From the NCBI GenBank assembly GCA_038150265.1, contig JAYOTF010000008.1, positions 12,200 through 76,199 of the forward strand: a stretch of 64,000 nt of DNA, written 5' to 3'. Each line of letters opens with the position of its first letter. Position 1 is the first letter of the stretch. Below the pieces are notes generated by a model, which was not told the origin of the DNA, searched no databases, and saw only the letters and a list, made by a program, of their open reading frames with translations. Source of the stretch: Deltaproteobacteria bacterium. Its GTDB lineage: Bacteria; SAR324; NAC60-12. Position numbers and translations under genes: made by a program. Shown here piece after piece: positions 19,201 to 28,404 of the stretch.

Positions 19201-20742
19201 TTAACTGACGGGCCGGTCGAGGCTCCGGTACTGGATTGCTTCTGCAACATGGGTGGGGGTGACCCCGCCGCTGCCCTCGAGGTCGGCAATGGTCCGGGAG
19301 ACCTTGAGGATGCGGTCATACGCCCGGGCGCTCAGGCCCATGCGAGAGATGGCATTTTCCAGCAGTCCCTGTGCCTGCGCATCAAGAGGCACGAGGTCCT
19401 CCAGCTCCCGCCGTGTCATGGCCGCATTGGAGCGGGTGGGCGAGTTCCGGAAGCGTTCCTGCTGGCGCTGGCGGGCGGCCACCACCCGCTCCCGGATCTG
19501 TGCGCTGCTTTCACCGCGTCGCGTTTCAGCAAGGTGTGCGTACTCCACGGCTGGAACCGTTAGCTGCAGGTCAATGCGGTCCAGCAGAGGACCCGAAATG
19601 CGGGCCCGGTACTTCTGAACCTGTGGAAGCGGACACTGACAGTCGTGAGGACCGCTTCCGGGAGGGGTGCCGAAGTAGCCACAGGGGCATGGGTTCATTG
19701 AGGCCACCAGCATGAAGCTGCACGGAAATTCAAGCGTCATGGCGGCCCGGGCAATCGTGAGGCGCCGGTCTTCCAGAGGCTGCCGCAGCAACTCCAGAAC
19801 CGTCCGAGGAAATTCCGGAAGCTCATCGAGAAAGAGGACCCCGTTGTGGGCCAGGGAGATCTCCCCCGGACCCGGAATGCTGCCTCCGCCCACCAGCCCT
19901 GCCTGCGAAATCGTGTGATGGGGACTCCGGAAGGGACGTTCGGCAAGGAGCGGCACCTCGGCCGGAAGCAATCCGGCAATGCTGTGAATCTTGGTGCACT
20001 CCAGTGCCTCGTCAAACTCCAGCGGAGGCAGGATGCTGCCCAGCCGTCGGGCGAGCATGGTCTTGCCAGAGCCCGGGGGGCCCAGCATCAACAGGTTGTG
20101 CCCTCCAGCGGCAGCGACTTCCATGGCCCGCTTGACGGCCTCCTGCCCCTTCACATCCTGAAGGTCCTCTGCTGAGGAGCGTTGATTCTGAAAGAGCGCC
20201 AGCGGGTCAATCGGTGACTCCGGAAAGTCGGCTTCTCCCCGGAAGAAGGCGAGCACATCAGCGAGCGACTGGACCGGAACCCGCCGCACTCCGGAAACCA
20301 CGGCGGCTTCGGCTTCATTGGCCGCGGGCAGAATGAGCTGATGCAGCCCCGCTTTTTGAGCCGCCAGCGCAATGGGGAGGATGCCCCGGATGGGACGCGT
20401 CTGGCCATCAAGCGCCAGCTCGCCGACCACCAGTGACTGCTGGAGCGCCTCTGGAGGAACCAACCCTGCTGCAGCCAGCAGCGCAACGGCAATGGGGAGG
20501 TCGAAGCCGGAGCCTATTTTTCGCAAATCTGCCGGAGCCAGGTTGACGACCATCTTCCGGACAGGAAGGGCGCAACCCGAGTTGCCGATTGCTGCAAGGA
20601 TGCGGTCTCGGCTTTCCCGGATGGTGCCATCGGGCAGGCCGACGATGGTGAACTGACTGAGGCCAATCGAGAGGTCCGCCTCGACTTCAATGAGGTGGGC
20701 TTCAATGCCGAGCACCGTTGCCGAGTAGGCCTTGGCAATCAT
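19201..20742 (-). CDS. comM: YifB/ComM-family Mg-chelatase-like AAA+ ATPase
   Basis: Start set at MIAKAYSATVLGIEAHLIEVE (ATG 20742). Lon-like N-terminal domain; Walker A (GPPGSGKTML); C-terminal ChlI-like domain. Confidence 0.85.
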   Translation of the reverse strand: MIAKAYSATVLGIEAHLIEVEADLSIGLSQFTIVGLPDGTIRESRDRILAAIGNSGCALPVRKMVVNLAPADLRKIGSGFDLPIAVALLAAAGLVPPEALQQSLVVGELALDGQTRPIRGILPIALAAQKAGLHQLILPAANEAEAAVVSGVRRVPVQSLADVLAFFRGEADFPESPIDPLALFQNQRSSAEDLQDVKGQEAVKRAMEVAAAGGHNLLMLGPPGSGKTMLARRLGSILPPLEFDEALECTKIHSIAGLLPAEVPLLAERPFRSPHHTISQAGLVGGGSIPGPGEISLAHNGVLFLDELPEFPRTVLELLRQPLEDRRLTIARAAMTLEFPCSFMLVASMNPCPCGYFGTPPGSGPHDCQCPLPQVQKYRARISGPLLDRIDLQLTVPAVEYAHLAETRRGESSAQIRERVVAARQRQQERFRNSPTRSNAAMTRRELEDLVPLDAQAQGLLENAISRMGLSARAYDRILKVSRTIADLEGSGGVTPTHVAEAIQYRSLDRPVS

Positions 20743-20888
20743 GGAGACCGGAGGGGAGTGGGTTGAAAACAGTCCAGCGTGCAAACGCGGGTAAGTCGGC
20801 AACCCCCAGGCGGGAAGGGGTGGCAACCGGAAGAACCGGCTGCCGAAGCAATCAGGGGCTCAGAGACGGAAGGCTGAGCAGGAGCGGG

Positions 20889-23483
20889 TCAGCGATACCG
20901 AATCGAAGGGTCCTCGTTGGAGTCCCTGGAGTCGTGGGTGTTGATGTTCTTGACCACCTGGTCGACAAATTCGGGAAGCACCTTGGCAATCGCCTTCTCC
21001 ACGGAGCGGGCGATCATGTCTTCCACCAGGCGTTCAATCTGTCCGCGGGACATGGCCATGGCGCCCAGGGTTGCACTGGAGTCTTCAGGCTCCTGAGACA
21101 CCGGTTCCGGCACCTCGGCAGCCACCGGCTCCGGAGCCTCGCCTTCTGTGTAGCGGGCGTGCTCCAGGAAGGCCTGCTCGGCTTCTTCCCAGCTGTCGAA
21201 GGTTTCCACGGGCGCAGACTCAAACTCGGGCGCAGGCTCTGCTTCCGGAAGCGCGTCAAGGGGCTCTTCATCCGAGTAGCGCTCGTATTCGAGGAAGGCC
21301 TGCTCCGCGTCTTCCCAGCTATCGAAGGTCTCCTCGGCAAGCAGCAGGTCCTCTTCTTCCCGAGGCTCGTCCCAGGATTCCGGACGCTGGTCAAGTTTCT
21401 CAAACTCCTCTTCGTCGAGGTAGCCATCGAGGGACTTGATCATGAACTCCCGGATGCCATCGCGAGCCTGATCCCACGATTCTGAAACCTCGTCCAGCTC
21501 GCTTTCGGGCTCAATGTCTTCGGCCAGTTCGCTCATGCCCCGGTCGAGGCGCTCAAGCTCCTGAAGGTCGGCATCGTCCAGCGGAAACTCCTCTTCCTCG
21601 AGGCCTTCCAGGTGAGCGGGTTCGAGCTCATCGAGCATCTCCTGCTCGTAGTTGCCAATGGACTCATGCAGGCCGGCTTCGATCTCTTCCATGGACGAAA
21701 TCTCCATGAGCTCTTCAGCCGAGGGGTGAGGTCCATCTGAAGGCAACTCGACTCCACCTTCAGCAAGGATGGTGTTGTCGAGGACGTTGTCTTCAACAGT
21801 AGAGAGGGCAATCTCGACCAGCAGGGAGTCGCGCTCGTCCCCTTCTCCCACAGGCACTGGAGCAGGTGCGGCTGAACTCGCCGAAGCGACGGCGACCGCA
21901 GGAGCCGCGTCTACAGAAGCCGGAGCGTCCAGGGCCGAGAGCTCCTCGGTTTCCCAATCGCCTCCGGATGTGTCGTAATTGGCCTCAGGCAACTCCTCTT
22001 CCGGGAAATCATCCAGGGACTCGCTGAGGGCGAAGTCATCTTCTGGCAGATCGTCGAGTCCGGATTCAGCGAGAGCAAAGTCATCTTCTGGCAGATCGTC
22101 GAGTCCGGATTCAGCGAGAGCAAAGTCATCTTCTGGCAGATCGTCGAGTCCGGAGACCATTTCCTCATCGCTGGCGGTCAGCAGGATGCCGTCGCCGTGT
22201 TCCAGTTCGCTGGGAGACGCTTCCTTGAGTTCAAAGCCATCTTCAATGGTGAGAGCGTCTTCCTCGTCCAGCCGGATGTCGGTGACGTGGCGGCGTTCCT
22301 GATTGGGAACCGTGCCTCCGCTCCAGGGGTCTGGGGTGGCTTCCATGGGCTCGGATTCGAGGTCGATGTCGACCAGGCTTCCGGAAGAGTGCAGCGAGGC
22401 GGCCTGTCCGTTAATGGGTGCGGCGGCCGGTTCTGGTTCCAGCTCAATGGGTTCCTGTTCGGGAGAGTCCAACTCCATGGGCTCCAGCTCGAATTCGTCT
22501 TCGAACTCGTCATCAAAGCCCATGTGCTCCTGTGCGATCTGGTCTTCCATCTCGGCATTGAGGGTCCGGGAAGGTGCCGGAGCGCTGGGTTCTTCTTCCA
22601 GAGAGGCTGTTTCCAGAGGTTCCAGGGGCTCGTCTAGCGGCTCATCAAAGGGGTCTGGCAGGTCGTCCGGGAGGTCAGCAGCAGAGGACGTCTCCGATTC
22701 GGATTCGAGAATGAGGTCGTCGTCCAACTCCAGTTCGAGGTCAAACGCGTTCTCATCAAGGGCGAGCAACACATCATCATCTTCTACAAATCCAGAAGAG
22801 CCGCTGGTGTGTGTCTTGGCAGTCATGACGTCCTTCAATGCTTGTGAGTCCATGCGGGGAGGCCGCCTGTCGGGGGCAGGTTCTTGGCCAAAGAAACTTT
22901 CTAGGGTGACCGCTGCCGATCGCAACGGGGGGAGTTCGGGCAGCGACGTGCTGCTTGCATCGTCGGTGATCTCGCTTGAAAAATCAACATCCGGCGTTTC
23001 GGTGACCTCCGGAGGGTCGTGCTGGATCAACTCGAGGAGTTCCGAGTCAAAGATCCGGGCCGAGTCCAGGAGCGCCGTCTGGGAAGGAGGCACCGCGGAG
23101 ATGAGGGCCTGTGCGAGGGATTCCGAAAGGTGCTGACGGATCTGCTCATGAAGCAACCGGATCTCAAACGGCTTGCGGAGCTGACCAGCGATCCCCAGCT
23201 CATGGAGGGTCGCGTCATCAATGGTGTCGCGTCCGTTGAGCAGCAGCACCAGCGGCACCCGCTGCAACGAGTGGTCATGCCGCAGGGTCCGGCAGGTGCG
23301 GTAATTCCGGAGGCGGTCGCTGTTGCTCAGGAGGATCAGATCGGGATGAACCTGACGGGCCTGCTGAACAAATTTGTTGGGGTCCAGCTCCTGGTGGACC
23401 TTCAATAGTCCGTCGGGGAGGGTGGAGGCAATCATTCCCTGGATTGCCGCACTTTCTTCAAGGACAAGGATTGATTTCTGCAT
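20889..23483 (-). CDS. Large acidic protein with N-terminal receiver-like (apparently pseudo-receiver) domain and D/E-rich repetitive region
   Basis: 864 aa. Residues 1-120 resemble a CheY-like REC fold (conserved K in QLRKPFE), but the expected phospho-acceptor position reads DLILLSNSD (Ser instead of Asp). About 650 aa of D/E/L/P-rich low complexity follow, including 3x LDDLPEDDFALAESG and 2x ETFDSWE[DE]AEQAFLE..RY. Short amphipathic C-terminus. Confidence 0.65.
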   Translation of the reverse strand: MQKSILVLEESAAIQGMIASTLPDGLLKVHQELDPNKFVQQARQVHPDLILLSNSDRLRNYRTCRTLRHDHSLQRVPLVLLLNGRDTIDDATLHELGIAGQLRKPFEIRLLHEQIRQHLSESLAQALISAVPPSQTALLDSARIFDSELLELIQHDPPEVTETPDVDFSSEITDDASSTSLPELPPLRSAAVTLESFFGQEPAPDRRPPRMDSQALKDVMTAKTHTSGSSGFVEDDDVLLALDENAFDLELELDDDLILESESETSSAADLPDDLPDPFDEPLDEPLEPLETASLEEEPSAPAPSRTLNAEMEDQIAQEHMGFDDEFEDEFELEPMELDSPEQEPIELEPEPAAAPINGQAASLHSSGSLVDIDLESEPMEATPDPWSGGTVPNQERRHVTDIRLDEEDALTIEDGFELKEASPSELEHGDGILLTASDEEMVSGLDDLPEDDFALAESGLDDLPEDDFALAESGLDDLPEDDFALSESLDDFPEEELPEANYDTSGGDWETEELSALDAPASVDAAPAVAVASASSAAPAPVPVGEGDERDSLLVEIALSTVEDNVLDNTILAEGGVELPSDGPHPSAEELMEISSMEEIEAGLHESIGNYEQEMLDELEPAHLEGLEEEEFPLDDADLQELERLDRGMSELAEDIEPESELDEVSESWDQARDGIREFMIKSLDGYLDEEEFEKLDQRPESWDEPREEEDLLLAEETFDSWEDAEQAFLEYERYSDEEPLDALPEAEPAPEFESAPVETFDSWEEAEQAFLEHARYTEGEAPEPVAAEVPEPVSQEPEDSSATLGAMAMSRGQIERLVEDMIARSVEKAIAKVLPEFVDQVVKNINTHDSRDSNEDPSIRYR
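22023..22157. repeat. Three perfect tandem copies of a 45-bp unit inside the acidic-protein gene
   Basis: The unit ...gcaaagtcatcttctggcagatcgtcgagtccggattcagcgaga... recurs with period exactly 45 nt (unit starts about 22035, 22080, 22125). It encodes LDDLPEDDFALAESG x3 on the minus strand. Confidence 0.85.
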
Positions 23484-23649
23484 CCGTTCCTAACGTCTGA
23501 GCAAAGATTCGGCGTCTGCCTTACCCTCAGATGCAAGCGGGGGTCCACGCCTTGGCCTCCGTCTGGTTTCCGGCCCTCAAATCGCAATTGACTTTGAGTT
23601 TCTCAGAGGGTCGCTTACGCTGAGCTGTTTCCTGACTGGTCCCTGATTT

Positions 23650-24711
23650 TTGGTTGGCATGCCCTGGTTGATCGCCCGTTACGTGGCCTCTGAATTCCTT
23701 CGCTTCTTTCTGCTGCTGCTGGCGGCATTTGTGATGATGATTCTGGTGGGGAATGTCTTCAGCAACCTCTCTGACATCTTCACGAGCTGGGAGGCCTTTC
23801 TTCGCTTTTGGCAGGAGACGGCGTTGCAGCTGCCGCAGATTCTGGAGCTGGTGGTGCCAGTGACCGTGCTGCTGGCGACCATTGCGTGCTTTGGGGCCCT
23901 GAACAAGACCTCAGAAGTGGCCGCCATGAGCGCCTCCGGAATTGGAGGGTGGATCCTGGTTGGGCCGATTCTGCTGCTGACGCTGGTGATCGGAGGCATC
24001 AACTACAGCCTGCAGCACTACGCGACCCCGTGGATGATGCAGAACTGGACCCAGCAGGAAACCCAGAAGCGCCTGCCCTCGCTGTGGCGACTCGGAGGAG
24101 CCGACCAGCTCTACCACATTGGCGTCCGGACGCGCTCCAATGAGGTCCGGCGGGTGACGCTGTTTCGCTGGGAAACCGAACCCTACCGGCTGAAGGAACG
24201 GACGAACCTCGGGCGCGGGCGCCTGCAAGACCAGTACTGGCAGTTTTCGCGGGTGGAGCAGAGCTTCTTTGAAGGCGCCGGCATGCTGGTGCTGGAAAAC
24301 AAGGAAACGGCATTGCCGCTGAATGAGTTCCCCTCAGTGAACCTGACGCAGTCCCGAGACCCCCACCACCTGCCGCTGGAGCAGGTTTATCAGGAAGCCA
24401 TCCGGCTCAGCCGTGAGGGGCAAGACGTCTCGCGGTACTGGGTGGAGCTGCACCAGAAGTTTGCCTACATCGTGGCGTTGGTGGTGATGGTGCTCATCGG
24501 CTTTGCCCTGTCGGCGTCTCACGACCGCCGTGGCACCACTGCAGAGTCCCTGGCCCTGAGCTGCTTGCTGGGGATTGTCTTCTGGATGCTCAACCAGATC
24601 TTCCTGGCGTTGGGCAGCACGGGCTACCTGGCCCCCTGGTTTGCAGCATGGGGCAGCAGCCTCATCTTCCTGACCCTGGCCACCGGGTTGCTGATCAAGA
24701 ACCGCCTATAG
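23650..24711 (+). CDS. LptF/LptG-family (YjgP/YjgQ) lipopolysaccharide export permease
   Basis: 353 aa. Three N-terminal TM helices, a large periplasmic loop, C-terminal TM helices. N-terminus (IARYVASEFLRFFLLLLAAFVMMILV) is typical of the family. Confidence 0.75.
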   Translation: MVGMPWLIARYVASEFLRFFLLLLAAFVMMILVGNVFSNLSDIFTSWEAFLRFWQETALQLPQILELVVPVTVLLATIACFGALNKTSEVAAMSASGIGGWILVGPILLLTLVIGGINYSLQHYATPWMMQNWTQQETQKRLPSLWRLGGADQLYHIGVRTRSNEVRRVTLFRWETEPYRLKERTNLGRGRLQDQYWQFSRVEQSFFEGAGMLVLENKETALPLNEFPSVNLTQSRDPHHLPLEQVYQEAIRLSREGQDVSRYWVELHQKFAYIVALVVMVLIGFALSASHDRRGTTAESLALSCLLGIVFWMLNQIFLALGSTGYLAPWFAAWGSSLIFLTLATGLLIKNRL

Positions 24712-26919
24712 CAGCTGCCCCAGGTTTTGGGAAACGTCCTGCAGTTGGTCCGGAAGGTAGGTGTAGCGCACCAGCGTCTGTTCGGACTCCACGGCATGCC
24801 GCACCGCCTGTTCCGTTCCCACCAAAATCACCAACTGCTTGCCTCGGGTCAGAGCGGTGTAGAGCAGGTTCCGCTGGAGCATGACGTAGTGATGCGTGGT
24901 CAGCGGAATCACCACCGCGGGGTACTCGCTTCCCTGAGACTTGTGAACCGAAATCGCATAGGCCAGCAGCAGCTGGTCGAGGTCCTTCGACTCATAGGTC
25001 ACCAGCCCCTGATCAAACTCCACCACCACCGTCCGGGTATCGGTATCAACGCTCAGGATCCGACCCGTGTCTCCATTGAAGACTTCCTTCTCATAGTCGT
25101 TCTGCTGCTGCATCACCTTGTCGCCGAGGCGCAGCAGGCGGTTCCGGTGCTCCACCGCTGGGCCTTCCGGGTTGAGGACCTGCTGCAGCTTTTCGTTCAG
25201 GGCAACCGAGCCCGTCACGCCTCGGTGCATGGGCGTGAGGACCTGAACCTCCTGAAACGGGTCGAGTCCGAAGCGTTTGGGAATGCGTTCTGCGACCAGA
25301 GTGGCAATCTTGTCGGCCACCTGCTCCGGGTCGGGCTCTCGAATGAAGTAGAAGTCCCGCAGCTCGGCTCCGGAGGCCACCCGGTCCAGCTCGGGAAGGA
25401 TGCCTCGCCGGATGCTGTGGGCATTGACGGTGATGCGGCTGTCCTGGGCCTGCCGGAAGATGCGATCCAGCCGGGCGACGGGGACGAGTCCGGACTCAAT
25501 GCAGTCCCGCAGCACCGAACCGGGGCCGACCGAGGGCAGCTGATCGACGTCTCCCACCAGCAGCAGCCGTGAAGAGGGGTGAATGGCCTGAAGCAGCGCA
25601 TCCATGAGCAGGGTGTCGATCATGGACGACTCATCAATGACGATCATTTCCTGCTCCAGGGGCAGGTCTCGGTTTCGCTGAAATCCGAGGTTGTTGGCTT
25701 CCAGCAGGCGGTGGATGGTGGAAGCGGGGGTGCCGGTGGCTTCGTTCAGACGCTTGGCGGCTCGTCCCGTTGGAGCGGCAAGGGCCAGGTTGGGGATCTG
25801 GGCCCGGATGAGCGCCAGGATGAAGCGGACAATGGTCGTCTTCCCGGTTCCGGGACCCCCTGTGATGATGAGGACCTTGTGCTGAAGCGCCGCTTCCACG
25901 GCTTCGCGCTGGGCGTCGTCCAGGCTCAGGCCCAACACCTGTTCCTGCTGCTGAATCTGGTCCCGTGGATCTGGAAGCGTGGTCAGCGCTTCACTGTGGA
26001 GGACGCGCATCAGGTTTTCAGCCACCCGGCGTTCAGCGTGGAAGAGCTTCAGCTGCGCAAAGCGGGGCGTGTCTCCTCCGGGAAGTTCAACGATCTGCTT
26101 GCTTTCCAGCAAAGGCGCAAAGGCGGGCTCGGTCACTTCCGGAGAAATGCGCAGCTCGCGCTGAGCCATCTCAACAAGGCTGCTGCGAGGGAAGCAGGTG
26201 TGTCCGTTGATGGCCTGTTGCTCCAGCAGGTAGATCAGCCCAGCCTGGGCGCGTTCGGGAGAGTTTTCGTCAAATCCCAACCGACGGGCAATGCCATCGG
26301 CGGTGAGGAAGCCCACGCCAGGGAGGTGGGTGATCTGGTAGGGGTTGTGCTGCAGATTCGGGATGCTGTTGAGGCCGTACTCGGCAAAGATCTTCTGAGC
26401 GACCGAAGGCGCCACGCCCAGTCCGTGCAGGAAGCTGAGGACGTCTCGCATGCCCTTTTGGTCTTCCCAGCCGTCGATCAGGGTCCGGTACTGGGTTTTG
26501 TTGACGCCCTTGACCCGAAGGAGGGACTCTGGGGAGCGGTCGAGGATCTCGAAGGTGTCGGTGCCGAACTTGTCAACAATGCGCCGCGCAGTGGCCTCGC
26601 CGATGCCCTTGAAGACACCGGAGGCGAGAAAGCGCGTGATGCCCTCCAGCGTGGAAGGCTGGACGGGCATGAACTCCTCAATGACAAACTGGGGGCCGAA
26701 GGTCCGGTGCTCCTCCCAGTGCCCCTTGAGCCGGAGTGTTTCCTGCTCGCTGACCTGAAACAGCGTCCCCTTGACCGTGACGAGGGTGTCGCCGTCTTCC
26801 AGGAGGAACTTGGCAATCATGAACCCACGGTCTGGCTGGGAAAAGACGACCCGCTGCAGCGTGCCCGTGAGGACCTCGTCGAGTCCCTCAGCCTCCAGGG
26901 AGAAGGGCGCATCAGCCAA
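24706..26919 (-). CDS. recD2: ATP-dependent RecD-like DNA helicase (RecD2)
   Basis: 737 aa. HhH-containing N-terminal domain, SF1 helicase Walker A (ITGGPGTGKTT), C-terminal SH3-like/UvrD_C region. Confidence 0.85.
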   Translation of the reverse strand: MADAPFSLEAEGLDEVLTGTLQRVVFSQPDRGFMIAKFLLEDGDTLVTVKGTLFQVSEQETLRLKGHWEEHRTFGPQFVIEEFMPVQPSTLEGITRFLASGVFKGIGEATARRIVDKFGTDTFEILDRSPESLLRVKGVNKTQYRTLIDGWEDQKGMRDVLSFLHGLGVAPSVAQKIFAEYGLNSIPNLQHNPYQITHLPGVGFLTADGIARRLGFDENSPERAQAGLIYLLEQQAINGHTCFPRSSLVEMAQRELRISPEVTEPAFAPLLESKQIVELPGGDTPRFAQLKLFHAERRVAENLMRVLHSEALTTLPDPRDQIQQQEQVLGLSLDDAQREAVEAALQHKVLIITGGPGTGKTTIVRFILALIRAQIPNLALAAPTGRAAKRLNEATGTPASTIHRLLEANNLGFQRNRDLPLEQEMIVIDESSMIDTLLMDALLQAIHPSSRLLLVGDVDQLPSVGPGSVLRDCIESGLVPVARLDRIFRQAQDSRITVNAHSIRRGILPELDRVASGAELRDFYFIREPDPEQVADKIATLVAERIPKRFGLDPFQEVQVLTPMHRGVTGSVALNEKLQQVLNPEGPAVEHRNRLLRLGDKVMQQQNDYEKEVFNGDTGRILSVDTDTRTVVVEFDQGLVTYESKDLDQLLLAYAISVHKSQGSEYPAVVIPLTTHHYVMLQRNLLYTALTRGKQLVILVGTEQAVRHAVESEQTLVRYTYLPDQLQDVSQNLGQLL

Positions 26920-26934
26920 AGCGGTTCCTGCCAG

Positions 26935-27426
26935 TCACGGGTTGGAGGCGGTCACAGGGACATAGAAGGGCGAGCGGATCATCTGCAGCAGGTCAAACCG
27001 CCACTCGCCGTCTTCCTGAAGCATGAGGAACGACTGGGTCCGTTCAAACTGCAAATCAGCGACACTTTTGTGCCGGAAGGTGATGGTCGCCTCCACGTAA
27101 AGCAGGGTCCGGAAGCGGAACGAGACCACCGGTGGCGTCTGAGGTGCCAGTCCAACGGGCACCCAGTCCAGCTCCACCATGCGGGTGGCATACTCTTCGA
27201 GCCCAATCAGCTCCTTGGACTGGCGCCGTCCGTGCTCATACATCTCAAAGTACCGCTCTTCCTGCCAGAGTTTGAGGAACTCCTCAAAGGCGGTACGGGT
27301 TTCAGTCTGAATGACCTCCAGCTCCATGGGGGTCGGTTGCCGGGCACTGACCGCTGAGGGGGCCAGGAAGCCGCCCAGCAGCACCATCAGGAGCGCGAGG
27401 CAGAGACGCGGTTGAGTTCGATCCAT
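26935..27426 (-). CDS. Hypothetical secreted protein
   Basis: Start chosen at internal ATG 27426 (MDRTQPRLCLALLMVLLGGFLAPSAVSA, a signal peptide). The ORF-track N-terminal extension is Pro/Gly-rich and overlaps holB. No family recognised. Confidence 0.45.
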   Translation of the reverse strand: MDRTQPRLCLALLMVLLGGFLAPSAVSARQPTPMELEVIQTETRTAFEEFLKLWQEERYFEMYEHGRRQSKELIGLEEYATRMVELDWVPVGLAPQTPPVVSFRFRTLLYVEATITFRHKSVADLQFERTQSFLMLQEDGEWRFDLLQMIRSPFYVPVTASNP

Positions 27427-28403
27427 AATCCTTCGAGGGCAAGGGCCTTGTTTGCATTGAGTTGGATGGCATGACGGACCTCCGTCAGCCGTTCCAGCAG
27501 GTGCTGAACCCGTTGGAGGGGAAAGCGGATGGCAGCACGCTGAGCCGTGTCCGCAAGCTCCGGATGCAGCAGGTGCTCTGGGTCCAGTCCGTGCTGGAGC
27601 CATGCCACGTCCCGGAACCAGCGCTCAAGAAAGTCCAACATCAGCCGCCATTCGTCACTTTTTGGCGTCGACCACCCGCCAACGGTGCTGAGGACCGACT
27701 CCAGGGTAGCGGGTCCGGGACGTTCCAGCCACTGCAGCACCGTCTCCTGGACGGTCCGGATGGCTTCAACCCGGGCCACGAGGTCCACCGGGAGGCTCCC
27801 CATCGCCTGAGGCAGCAGGGCCGTGATCTGTTCGGGCGCCAGTTCGGCCTGCTGCTCCAGCAGGGTGCGGATGACGGCTTCCGAGAGAGGCAGCAGGCGC
27901 AGGGGCTGGCACCGCGAAACGATGGTCTCCAGCAGGTGTTCTGGAGAGGGGGCAATCAGGATGATCAGCGTTCCCTCCGGAGGCTCCTCCAGCGTCTTCA
28001 GGAAGGCGTTCGAGGACTCCCGGTTGAGGTGCTCGGCGCCATCCAGAATCAGCGTCCGCCAGCGGGCCCGGTCGGCATGCAGCTGCAGCCAGCGTTGGGC
28101 CTGATGGATCTGCTCCATGCGGATGTTCTTGCCATCGGGCTCAAGCACCAGAAAGTCCGGGTGGTTGCGTTCCGCAATCTGACGACACGCCCGGCATTCG
28201 CCACAGGCATCGTCACTCCGTTCCTCCAGCAGCCCGCTGGCCTGCTCGCAGTTGAGCCACTGCGCGAGGGCTTCAGCCACACGGAAGCGTCCGGTGTGAG
28301 CCGGGCCTGTGAAGAGCCAGGCGTGTGGCATTCGTCCCAGCTGCTCCACCCTCCGGAGGGTGGCGATGGCCTGATCCTGTCCAAGGATTTCCGAAAAGGG
28401 CAT
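27387..28403 (-). CDS. holB: DNA polymerase III delta' subunit
   Basis: 338 aa. N-terminal clamp-loader AAA+ fold (HAWLFTGPAHTGR; zinc module CGECRACRQI). Confidence 0.8.
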   Translation of the reverse strand: MPFSEILGQDQAIATLRRVEQLGRMPHAWLFTGPAHTGRFRVAEALAQWLNCEQASGLLEERSDDACGECRACRQIAERNHPDFLVLEPDGKNIRMEQIHQAQRWLQLHADRARWRTLILDGAEHLNRESSNAFLKTLEEPPEGTLIILIAPSPEHLLETIVSRCQPLRLLPLSEAVIRTLLEQQAELAPEQITALLPQAMGSLPVDLVARVEAIRTVQETVLQWLERPGPATLESVLSTVGGWSTPKSDEWRLMLDFLERWFRDVAWLQHGLDPEHLLHPELADTAQRAAIRFPLQRVQHLLERLTEVRHAIQLNANKALALEGLWIELNRVSASRS

Positions 28404-28404
28404 G

